Shown one piece after another: positions 8,498 through 16,122 of a stretch of 32,000 bases of DNA. The stretch comes from an uncultured bacterium (lineage in GTDB: Bacteria > Babelota > Babeliae > Babelales > RVW-14): NCBI GenBank assembly GCA_963759805.1, contig CAVXAT010000004.1, positions 10,562 through 42,561 on the forward strand, written 5' to 3'. Position numbers and translations under genes: made by a program. The first letter of the stretch is position 1; every line of letters starts with the position of its first letter. The notes under the pieces were generated by a model, which was not told the origin of the DNA, ran no database searches, and worked only from the letters and a program-made list of their open reading frames with translations.

Positions 8498-8557
8498 ATC
8501 GGGATATTCACCAAAATTCTTATAATTTTTTTAATAATATTTTTTAGGCGTTTATTT

Positions 8558-9439
8558 ATGAATAAAAAAACAAAGTTATTTTTTCCTGCAATTTTTTTTG
8601 CATCAGTTGTTTCATGTTATTGTATGGTACGGAGTGTTGCACCGCGCGCACCTATGGACGATATGGATGATATGGAAAATATTGAACATGGCGTATGCAA
8701 TAGTGTAAATTCTTTTCGCGCCCCTGACTTTGCCCCTGCCTTTACGTCATGCGAGTCAAAAGTAGCCCTAACTGATTATTCAAATGTCCCATGTGTTGGT
8801 TTATATAGTGATAGCATCAGAATTAATAATTGGATGCTTACCACTGATGAATTTCCTAAACTTCTAAATCATCTTGCCGCGAATGTTCAATTTATCACAC
8901 ACATTGATTGCTCTTATTCATCCATAACTGATGAACAACTGACTGCGGTCTGTAAAAATTGTCCTGAATTTCGAGAGCTTAATCTTTCTTATTGTCGGCG
9001 ATTGGTCAAGTTCAATATCAGTTCTCTTCGTAATCTAACAAAACTTGATGTAAGTGACACAAATATCATTGATAAACAATTAACCGCAATTTGTGAAAAT
9101 AATTCTGGAATAAGAGAACTTAATCTTTGTAGTTGTATGAATCTCATGCAATTTAATCTTGATCCTCTTTGCCAGTTAGTAATACTTAATTTAGGTAATA
9201 CAAGTATCACTGATGAGCAATTAACTACAATTTGCAAAAACAATACTTGCATTATCGAACTTACCCTTTGTTTCTGCCGGAATTTATTCAAAGAATTGGA
9301 ATCTAGACAAAGCAAATTTGATATCAGCCCACTTCGATGTTTAAGAAAACTTGAGGTAGAATGCACAAATATTAATGGTAAACAAATCGAAATTATTAAG
9401 CAGCAAAGTCCGGGGGTGGATATTGTGTGTTACTTTTAG
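8558..9439 (+). CDS. Secreted leucine-rich-repeat protein of the cysteine-containing (RNI/FBXL-like, eukaryote-type) LRR class
   Basis: Signal peptide is MNKKTKLFFPAIFFASVVSCYC. Three roughly 50-aa units repeat: SITDEQLTAVCKNCPEFRELNLSYCRRL, NIIDKQLTAICENNSGIRELNLCSCMNL and SITDEQLTTICKNNTCIIELTLCFCRNL. I see no F-box motif. Confidence 0.7.
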   Translation: MNKKTKLFFPAIFFASVVSCYCMVRSVAPRAPMDDMDDMENIEHGVCNSVNSFRAPDFAPAFTSCESKVALTDYSNVPCVGLYSDSIRINNWMLTTDEFPKLLNHLAANVQFITHIDCSYSSITDEQLTAVCKNCPEFRELNLSYCRRLVKFNISSLRNLTKLDVSDTNIIDKQLTAICENNSGIRELNLCSCMNLMQFNLDPLCQLVILNLGNTSITDEQLTTICKNNTCIIELTLCFCRNLFKELESRQSKFDISPLRCLRKLEVECTNINGKQIEIIKQQSPGVDIVCYF

Positions 9440-9586
9440 TTGAATCAATTGTCAACAAAAGCCAATAATTTTGCAAGTACAGCATCAAGCGCAACATATT
9501 GTATTCTTGTATAACGCAAAATATTGTGTTATAAGTATCTTTGCATTGCAAAAAGTGGGTTTTTATTCGAAATTAATGGGTTTTTC

Positions 9587-9595
9587 GGGGGGGGG
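9587..9595 (+). repeat. Homopolymeric G9 tract abutting the comM start
   Basis: Nine consecutive G at 9587-9595, then t, then ATG 9597. The tract is in frame (codons GGG) with an upstream ATG at 9576. Confidence 0.9.
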
Positions 9596-9596
9596 T

Positions 9597-11120
9597 ATGC
9601 ATTCGAAAATTTATTCAGCGACTACTGTTGGCATCAACGCACACATGGTTGAGGTGGAAGTCGATTTATCATTTGGCATGATACAGTTCTACATTGTTGG
9701 CCTTCCTGACAAAGCGATCAAAGAGAGTAAAGATCGAATTCGGGCTGCACTTAAAAATAGTGGGTTCAGACTTCCCGAGCGGTTGATAACAGTTAATCTT
9801 GCTCCCGCCTCACTCAAAAAAGAAAATATACTGTTCGATGTGCCAATCGCAATTGCAATCTTGCAAGCTGCCAAGCTCGTCGATATTCCTGAAGACTTTA
9901 TTAACGAGACAATTTTTTTAGGCGAAGTTTCGCTTGATGGCAAGATTCGTCCGGTTCGTGGGGTGCTGTCGATTGCCCATAGTGCATTAAAGTTCGGCAA
10001 AAAAAGATTAATTTTACCCAAAGCAAACACAGATGAGGCAAGTTTAATCAAAGGACTTGAGCTGATTGGCGTTGAATCTTTGGTTGACCTGGTCGCATAC
10101 CTACGTGGTGAACAAAAAATTGAACCTACTCAATCCAGATTTGATCTTTTTTCCAGGCAGATACACAATCATCCGTTAGATTTTGAAGATGTTAAGGGTC
10201 AGTTTCAGGCCAAGAGAGCGTTGCAGATAGCGGCGGCAGGCAGACACAACATTTTGTTTATAGGCCCACCCGGCTCGGGAAAAACAATGTTGGCCAAACG
10301 ACTTGCAAGCATCTTGCCTCCAATGTCTTTTGATGAGGTAATTGAAACAACCAAGCTTTACTCTGTTGCAGGGCTGTTAAATCAGGAATCTTTGATCGCG
10401 CATAGACCATTTCGCAGTCCACACCATACTATTTCACAGGCAGGGCTTGTTGGCGGTGGCTCGTCTCCAAGACCGGGTGAGATAAGCTTGGCCCATAATG
10501 GTGTTTTGTTTTTAGACGAACTTACGGAATTTAAACGAAGCACGCTTGAAGTTTTGCGTGAACCTCTTGAAAATAAGCGTGTTTTAATTTCGCGTGCAAG
10601 CAGTGCGGTTGAGTATCCGGCTTCATTTCTTTTAATTTCAGCGCTCAACCCTTGTCCGTGTGGCTATTACGGTGATAAGAAAAAATGTGTATGTAGCGAA
10701 CAACAGATAATAAAATATATTGGTAAGCTCTCCGGACCGCTGCTTGATCGCATAGATCTGCATGTTAATGTTCCTTCAATTAATTATGAGGAGCTAAAAG
10801 ACAAAAAAGTTCAAAATAAAAATTCTGTGCAGATGTATGAAGAGGTAAAAATTGCCGTTCAGATGCAAGAAAAAAGGCTGGGGGCTGTTCGCAATGCATA
10901 TATGGCCTCAGATCAGGTTGAAAAATACTGTATTCTCTCGGTTGCCGCAGAACAGGCAATGAAGTTTGCTTTTGAAAAACTTAGTCTCAGTATGCGCGGT
11001 TATCACAAAATCCTTAAAATTGCCAGGACGATTGCAGATTTGCAATCTGCTGATATTATTGAAAGAGTGCATATTCAAGAAGCAATCGGGTATCGGTCTC
11101 TTGACCAAAAACTGCAGTAA
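9597..11120 (+). CDS. comM: Mg-chelatase-like AAA+ ATPase YifB/ComM
   Basis: The N-terminus MHSKIYSATTVGINAHMVEVEVD is typical of YifB. Walker A is GPPGSGKT and Walker B is VLFLDE. Cys cluster is CPCGYYGDKKKCVC. The C-terminal Mg_chelatase_C-like tail includes MRGYHKILKIARTIADL. Alternative starts are 9576 and the track start 9471. Confidence 0.85.
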   Translation: MHSKIYSATTVGINAHMVEVEVDLSFGMIQFYIVGLPDKAIKESKDRIRAALKNSGFRLPERLITVNLAPASLKKENILFDVPIAIAILQAAKLVDIPEDFINETIFLGEVSLDGKIRPVRGVLSIAHSALKFGKKRLILPKANTDEASLIKGLELIGVESLVDLVAYLRGEQKIEPTQSRFDLFSRQIHNHPLDFEDVKGQFQAKRALQIAAAGRHNILFIGPPGSGKTMLAKRLASILPPMSFDEVIETTKLYSVAGLLNQESLIAHRPFRSPHHTISQAGLVGGGSSPRPGEISLAHNGVLFLDELTEFKRSTLEVLREPLENKRVLISRASSAVEYPASFLLISALNPCPCGYYGDKKKCVCSEQQIIKYIGKLSGPLLDRIDLHVNVPSINYEELKDKKVQNKNSVQMYEEVKIAVQMQEKRLGAVRNAYMASDQVEKYCILSVAAEQAMKFAFEKLSLSMRGYHKILKIARTIADLQSADIIERVHIQEAIGYRSLDQKLQ

Positions 11121-11129
11121 AGGCATAAA

Positions 11130-11549
11130 ATGATTTTGGGTGTTGGTGTAGATATTGTACAAATAAATCGTTTCAAATTTTGGGTTGAATACCCTGTAAA
11201 ACAGTTATCTCACGTCTTTTCACAAGACGAGTTGGCATATATTTTTTCCGGTACACAAGAGCTTGCAATGCAACGCATGGCATCACGCTTTGCTGCAAAA
11301 GAGGCTTTTTACAAGGCTTTTAGTGCTGCTCTAGCCAAATTTAAAACGACAGAAGAAACGATTTTATTTTTATCTTCGTGCAAAGCGGTTTGGGTAATGG
11401 CGGGGAAGTGGGAAGTTCCGCAGCTTGTTATTGACTGGAGTTTCTTTGCAAAAAGATTGGCAATCAAATTGCCTAATTTAGAGGCTAATCTTTCGCTATC
11501 ACATGAAAAAGATTATGCTGTTGCTTATGTGTTAATTCAGGAAAAGTAA
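11130..11549 (+). CDS. acpS: Holo-[acyl-carrier-protein] synthase
   Basis: N-terminal MILGVGVDIV motif, RFAAKEAFYKA, and C-terminal SLSHEKDYAVAYVLI. The ~139-aa length is typical. Confidence 0.8.
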   Translation: MILGVGVDIVQINRFKFWVEYPVKQLSHVFSQDELAYIFSGTQELAMQRMASRFAAKEAFYKAFSAALAKFKTTEETILFLSSCKAVWVMAGKWEVPQLVIDWSFFAKRLAIKLPNLEANLSLSHEKDYAVAYVLIQEK

Positions 11550-11553
11550 GCAT

Positions 11554-12753
11554 GTGGAAATCTTAATGCGTAAGTGTCTTGGTCATATTCTTTCCGGCTC
11601 ACTAGTTGAAGGCCTAGCCATGCGCCTTGGGCCGCAAGGTTCTCTTGAAGATATTAAAACCGGTAAGTTTGTTTCTATTGTTGGCGAGCATTACACATTT
11701 TTTTCATTAATTACAGATCTTGAGTTACAAGTTACAAATCCTGATATTCTACTTTTTCCTCCGTCTGAAGACGAAAAAATTCTTACAAGTATGCTTAAAA
11801 AGCGCGATATTTACGCGAAAGTTATGCTGCGTCCCATGCTGATGCTTGACGCTCAAAAACATCGTATGCCGGTAAAAACGATTCCATCACACTTTGCAGC
11901 AGTTTATGAAGCCAGCGCAAGTGAAGTAGCTGAAATTTTTGGCGATGAACAGAAAGATAAAAAATATTTTAACATTGGTTTTCCACTTGATATGACAACT
12001 CCCGTGTGCATGGATCTGGATTTATTAGTTGAGCGTAGCAATGGAATTTTTGGTAAAACAGGTACGGGTAAAACGTTCATCACACGGCTCATCCTTGCAG
12101 GTTTGATTAAAAATGAGAAGGCGGTGAATCTGATTTTTGATATGCACAGTGAGTATGGTTTTCAGGCTCGCAAAGAGGGAACAGGGGAGTCTTTTGTAAA
12201 AGGCCTAAAAACACTATTTCCAAACCAGGTTGCTATATTTTCACTCGATCCGGATTCTACCAGACGTCGAGGCTGCACTCCGGATTTTGAAGTTGTGCTC
12301 AATTATCAAGACATACGCGTTGAAGATGTTCTAACTTTGCAGGATGAGCTTAATCTACATCCGACAGCGCTTGAAGCAGCTTATTTGATAGCAGGGAAGT
12401 ATAAAAACAATTGGCTAAAAGTCTTACTTGCTCAGGAGGGAACGTTAAAAGAGTTTGCAGAAGATATTGGTGCACACGCAGAATCTATTGCGGCATTGTA
12501 TCGTAAACTTAAACGTATTGAACGGTTTCCGTTTATTAAAGATATGGGTTCTTCAACTTCAGTTGTTGACCGCATGATTGAATATCTTGATCGTGGAATC
12601 AATGTTGTTCTTGAGTTTGGTAATCATACGTCAATGCTAAGTTATTTGCTTGTGGTAAATATTTTGACCAGAAGAATTCACGATGAGTATGTTGCGAAAA
12701 CTGAGCGTTTTTTGCTTCACAGAAGAAATCCGACGAGCCACGCAAGCTTATGA
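11554..12753 (+). CDS. HerA/DUF87-like ATPase, N-terminal part (barrel-like N-domain plus Walker A), interrupted by a frame change
   Basis: Walker A is GKTGTGKTF. The ORF ends 13 codons after a T6 run (12708-12713). The continuation carrying Walker B lies in the -1 frame. The start is GTG 11554 or ATG 11566. Confidence 0.65.
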   Translation: MEILMRKCLGHILSGSLVEGLAMRLGPQGSLEDIKTGKFVSIVGEHYTFFSLITDLELQVTNPDILLFPPSEDEKILTSMLKKRDIYAKVMLRPMLMLDAQKHRMPVKTIPSHFAAVYEASASEVAEIFGDEQKDKKYFNIGFPLDMTTPVCMDLDLLVERSNGIFGKTGTGKTFITRLILAGLIKNEKAVNLIFDMHSEYGFQARKEGTGESFVKGLKTLFPNQVAIFSLDPDSTRRRGCTPDFEVVLNYQDIRVEDVLTLQDELNLHPTALEAAYLIAGKYKNNWLKVLLAQEGTLKEFAEDIGAHAESIAALYRKLKRIERFPFIKDMGSSTSVVDRMIEYLDRGINVVLEFGNHTSMLSYLLVVNILTRRIHDEYVAKTERFLLHRRNPTSHASL

Positions 12754-13160
12754 TTACCATTGAAGAAGCCCATAAGTTCCTAAATCCAAATGCGGCAAAA
12801 CAGACAATTTTTGGTGTAATTGCACGTGAGATGCGTAAGTATTATGTTTCATTGCTTGTTGTTGACCAACGCCCTTCGGGGATAGATCAAGAAATTTTGT
12901 CCCAGATTGGAACTAAAATTGTAGCATTACTTAACGATGAAAAAGATATTCAAGCAATTTTAACAGGTGCAAGCAATTCAAGCGGGCTGCGATCAATTCT
13001 TGCAACGCTTGATACCAAAAAACAGGCGCTTGTTCTTGGGCATGCGGTTCCAATGCCGGTGGTTATCAAAACACGTGAGTATGACAGGGAATTTTACAAG
13101 GCCATGGGGCTGGATTTAAAAGCGATAGACGTTAAAAAGAGCATTGAAGAGATCTATTAG
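12750..13160 (+). CDS. HerA/DUF87-like ATPase, C-terminal part (Walker B and following region)
   Basis: LMITIEEAHKFL is a HerA-type hhhhEEAH Walker B. VVDQRPSGID matches the QRP motif region. This frame is open back to 12705 (AFFASQKKSDEPRKLMITIEEAH). Confidence 0.65.
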   Translation: MITIEEAHKFLNPNAAKQTIFGVIAREMRKYYVSLLVVDQRPSGIDQEILSQIGTKIVALLNDEKDIQAILTGASNSSGLRSILATLDTKKQALVLGHAVPMPVVIKTREYDREFYKAMGLDLKAIDVKKSIEEIY

Positions 13161-13170
13161 ATTTTTTCTG

Positions 13171-13255
13171 AAACTCTGCCCGCCGCCCTTCCGCCTTCGT
13201 TAAAACTACGGCGGACAAGACGGGCGATGGTTCGACAAGCTCACCACGAGCGGGG
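13171..13255 (+). repeat. GC-rich dispersed repeat, copy B
   Basis: The 27-mer gatggttcgacaagctcaccacgagcg (13226-13252) is identical to 15269-15295. The 5' part aaactctgcccgccgccctt matches the reverse complement of 5665-5684. Confidence 0.8.
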
Positions 13256-13280
13256 TGAATATATAATCGCATATTTAAAT

Positions 13281-13309
13281 TTGACGATATTTGCGAAAAA
13301 AGCTAGTCT
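13281..13309 (+). promoter_or_regulatory. Sigma70-like promoter candidate for skp
   Basis: TTGACG (13281-13286), 17-nt spacer, TAGTCT (13304-13309). RBS gaggag lies at 13355-13360, ahead of ATG 13367. Confidence 0.3.
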
Positions 13310-13366
13310 GTTCGTGTAGTAATGTTGAAAGTAGTCAAGTATATAAAATATTTTGAGGAGTCTTTT

Positions 13367-13897
13367 ATGAAAAGAATTTTAACAGGTATTGTTGCAGCAT
13401 CAGCTTTGAGTATATCACTTGCCAGCGCAAAAGAACTTGTCTGTTTTGATAGCATGAGAATTTTGCAGGAAGCAAAAGAGAATCAGAAAATTGCCGGCGA
13501 GTTGAATGGTAAAATTGAAGAACTACAGAGCTTTGTAAAAGAGTCGCAGCAAAAACTTGTTGATATGCAATCTGAATTAGATAAAAAAACATCAGTGTTA
13601 AGCAAAGAGGCTGTCCAAGAGAAGACCGAAGCGATTGTACAAAAGAAAAAGGATTTGGAACGTACAATCGGCGACAAAAAAGAAAAGCTTGAAAAGCTTA
13701 TACAACAAAAACAGGTTGCTCTTCGTTCCAAGCAAATTGGGGTAATTAACGAAGTTTGCAAAAAAGAAGACTGGGGTGTATTGGTAGACAAAAATGCGCC
13801 CGGTGTGGTTTTTGCGTCAGATACACTTGATAGAACCGATATTTTAATTAAGGCTATCGATAGTGCATATGATGTCAGAAAAATCTACAAAAAATAA
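13367..13897 (+). CDS. skp: Periplasmic chaperone Skp/OmpH
   Basis: Signal peptide MKRILTGIVAASALSISLASA, then a long K/E/Q coiled-coil region. Size is about 176 aa. It lies immediately upstream of lpxD, the classic skp-lpxD arrangement. The track start 13322 lacks an RBS. Confidence 0.75.
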   Translation: MKRILTGIVAASALSISLASAKELVCFDSMRILQEAKENQKIAGELNGKIEELQSFVKESQQKLVDMQSELDKKTSVLSKEAVQEKTEAIVQKKKDLERTIGDKKEKLEKLIQQKQVALRSKQIGVINEVCKKEDWGVLVDKNAPGVVFASDTLDRTDILIKAIDSAYDVRKIYKK

Positions 13898-13965
13898 TAA
13901 TTTAGAAAAAACAGCCAAAGCAGCCAAAACTACAGAAACAAAAACTGCCTAATTTTGGGAATTAA

Positions 13966-14041
13966 ATGGAAGTTAATTTAACCCTTGGCAAAGTATTAGA
14001 GATAGTCGACGGAGTTTGTAGCTCCGTCGACTCTAGATTTT
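13966..14041 (+). other. lpxD: Out-of-frame 5' coding segment of lpxD (first ~25 codons)
   Basis: ATG 13966 opens [25 protein letters not shown]. This resembles the LpxD N-terminus (compare E. coli [21 protein letters not shown]), and the following ITGVASMQSAQTGHITF aligns with [19 protein letters not shown] of ORF 14042. The frame differs by +1 across the T4 run at 14038-14041. A 10-bp perfect inverted repeat lies at 14004-14013/14023-14032. Confidence 0.55.
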
Positions 14042-15046
14042 GTGATAAAAAATATTAAATCTTTGGAAACTGCTGAATCGCAGGATTTGGCCATAATTGT
14101 TGAACGAGGCGATGCCTCTGTTTTTGATTCAGTTAGCTTAGATAAGATTAAAAACAGTAAAGCAGGACTGCTACTTTCAAGTAACGCAGATGTGCCTGAG
14201 AAAAATTATATTATTGTTAAAGATGCAGTTGGCGCGTTTCAAAAATTAGTTAATTATTTAAATCAGCAAGTTATCAGTAATCTTGGTAAAAATAGTAACG
14301 TTGGCAAAATTATAGATCCAACGGCTTTTGTTCATCCATCTGCTATTGTGTGCGACGGTGCGAAGATTGGTGCTGGCACAGTCATAAATGCATTGGCGTT
14401 TGTTGGTAAAAATTGTGTTATTGGTGATCGCGTTACTCTTCATCCCGGAGTAAAAATTCTGGACAGATGCATCATTGGATATGGTACGGAGATTCATTCC
14501 GGTGCTGTTATTGGTTCAGATGGTTTTGGGTATAAAGTTACAACGCAGGGCATGCAAAAAATTCCACATATTGGAATTGTCAGAATTGGAAAAATGGTTG
14601 AAATAGGGGCTAATACTGCCATAGATCGATCTTCGTTTGATGAAACCGTTATTGGTGACGGTGTAAAAATAGATAATCTTGTTCACATTGCTCACAATGT
14701 TAAAATTGGAGCTTCAACTGCAATTTTGGCGCATACTGCTATAGGAGGTAGCACTCAAATTGGAATCGGCTGTCAAATTAGTGGACATGTCGTTATAAAA
14801 AATGACATAAAAATTGGTAATGGTGTAAAAATTGTTTCAATGAGTGGGGTGATGCATAACTTAGCAGATAACGAGGTTGTTTGTGGAGTTCCAGCTATTC
14901 CATTTACCAAGTGGAAAAGAATATCAGTTTTGCAGCTAAGACTTCCTGAGTTTGCAAAATTTATTGCAGAAATCCAACGATTCATAAAAGATAGTAATCA
15001 GTCTTGGTTCAAAAGAACTTTATTTAAATTTTTTAAAAAAGGATAA
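14042..15046 (+). CDS. lpxD: UDP-3-O-acylglucosamine N-acyltransferase (main body)
   Basis: Left-handed beta-helix hexapeptide repeats are present ([31 protein letters not shown]...). The GSDGFGY motif is present, as is the IAHNV catalytic His region. Context is skp-lpxD. The track start is GTG 14042, and the true N-terminus appears to lie upstream in another frame. Confidence 0.85.
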   Translation: MIKNIKSLETAESQDLAIIVERGDASVFDSVSLDKIKNSKAGLLLSSNADVPEKNYIIVKDAVGAFQKLVNYLNQQVISNLGKNSNVGKIIDPTAFVHPSAIVCDGAKIGAGTVINALAFVGKNCVIGDRVTLHPGVKILDRCIIGYGTEIHSGAVIGSDGFGYKVTTQGMQKIPHIGIVRIGKMVEIGANTAIDRSSFDETVIGDGVKIDNLVHIAHNVKIGASTAILAHTAIGGSTQIGIGCQISGHVVIKNDIKIGNGVKIVSMSGVMHNLADNEVVCGVPAIPFTKWKRISVLQLRLPEFAKFIAEIQRFIKDSNQSWFKRTLFKFFKKG

Positions 15047-15049
15047 AGC

Positions 15050-16105
15050 GTGAGTTTGCTGGTTGTAAGTTGTTTAAAGTCTCAACTTGCAAGCGATTTT
15101 GCAAAAACTCTTGATGTACCCCTGATTCAACTTGGTGGTGGATTCTTTGCAGATACCGAAGTTTATGTTGATGCGAAAAACACTGACCTTATAGCAGGAT
15201 CTGAAGTTTTATTTGTACATCAATTTTTTCTTAACACAACGTTCGAACCCGGCGCGTCACCCAAGGGTGATGGTTCGACAAGCTCACCACGAGCGCGCCT
15301 ACTTAATGGCGTTCGTCCTGAGCCTGTCGAAGGATGCGAGTTTAATAAACCACTAAATAGTTCTTCTCTTAATGACCAGCTTGTTAGTTTTTTGGTTGCC
15401 TGTGATCTTTTGAAAAATATTGGGGCAAAAAAAATTACCGTGATTTTGCCATATCTTGCATATTCACGACAGGATGAAAGTTTTGATGGTAAATTTGTTG
15501 GCTCCATAAAACTTTGGGGCCGTTTTTTTAAAGAGGCAGGTATAAACAGAGTTTTTGCCTGCGATCTTCACTCTGAAAAACTTTTAAACTTATTTGATGT
15601 TGATCTTGAAGAGATAAGCCTTGTTAATTTTTGGGCTGATCACATAAAATCTAATTTTAGTGATGAGATTAATAAAAACCTAGTTTGTATCGTTTCTCCG
15701 GACAGGGGTGGTTTTAATAGGGCAAGTGCTGTTGCTAAAATATTAAACGTTCCGGTTGCTTGTGTTGATAAAAAAAGAGTATCTCCGGACAACCCTGTGG
15801 CGCTTTGTTTGCATGGGGATGTCAATTCTAAAGTAGCCATAATAGTCGATGATATAATTGATACTGGTAAAACATCGATTCAGGCTAGCCTTATGCTGAA
15901 AATGCACGGATCTACAAAGATTATTGGAGTTTTTACTCATGCAATATTTTCGCAGGGTGCAATGGATAGACTAATGAAGAGTGAATTTTGTAAAATTTAT
16001 GTATCGAATTCTCTACCCGATTTATCCGCTCAGTCGCATGACAAGATTTCAATTTGCTCGATAAATAAGTACTTAATTCAAAAAATTTCTGAAAAATTAA
16101 GTTAA
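15050..16105 (+). CDS. prs: Ribose-phosphate pyrophosphokinase (PRPP synthetase) carrying a ~34-codon repeat-derived insertion
   Basis: PYLAYSRQD matches E. coli PYFGYARQD. DLHSEKLLNLF is present. VSPDRGGFNRASAVAKIL and IIVDDIIDTGKT form the PRPP loop region. GTG start. Confidence 0.85.
   Translation: MSLLVVSCLKSQLASDFAKTLDVPLIQLGGGFFADTEVYVDAKNTDLIAGSEVLFVHQFFLNTTFEPGASPKGDGSTSSPRARLLNGVRPEPVEGCEFNKPLNSSSLNDQLVSFLVACDLLKNIGAKKITVILPYLAYSRQDESFDGKFVGSIKLWGRFFKEAGINRVFACDLHSEKLLNLFDVDLEEISLVNFWADHIKSNFSDEINKNLVCIVSPDRGGFNRASAVAKILNVPVACVDKKRVSPDNPVALCLHGDVNSKVAIIVDDIIDTGKTSIQASLMLKMHGSTKIIGVFTHAIFSQGAMDRLMKSEFCKIYVSNSLPDLSAQSHDKISICSINKYLIQKISEKLS
15241..15340 (+). repeat. GC-rich dispersed repeat, copy C, embedded in frame in prs
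   Basis: It contains the identical 27-mer at 15269-15295 and the mini-hairpin caccc-aa-gggtg. The tail gcctgtcgaaggatgcgag resembles the end of copy A. It translates as EPGASPKGDGSTSSPRARLLNGVRPEPVEGCE. Confidence 0.8.
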
Positions 16106-16122
16106 TATTATAAGTTAGTATT

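Noticed and set aside
9471-9596. ORF-track N-terminal extension of comM (MQVQHQAQHIVFLYNAKYCV...)
   Set aside because: The YifB/ComM family begins at the MHSKIYSATTVG... equivalent. The extension has no homology-like features and would include the promoter region. ATG 9576 is kept only as an alternative in the G9-tract finding.
15220-15507. 95-aa minus-strand ORF antisense to prs
   Set aside because: It is an open frame created by the GC-rich repeat insertion inside prs. The sense strand encodes well-conserved Prs motifs.
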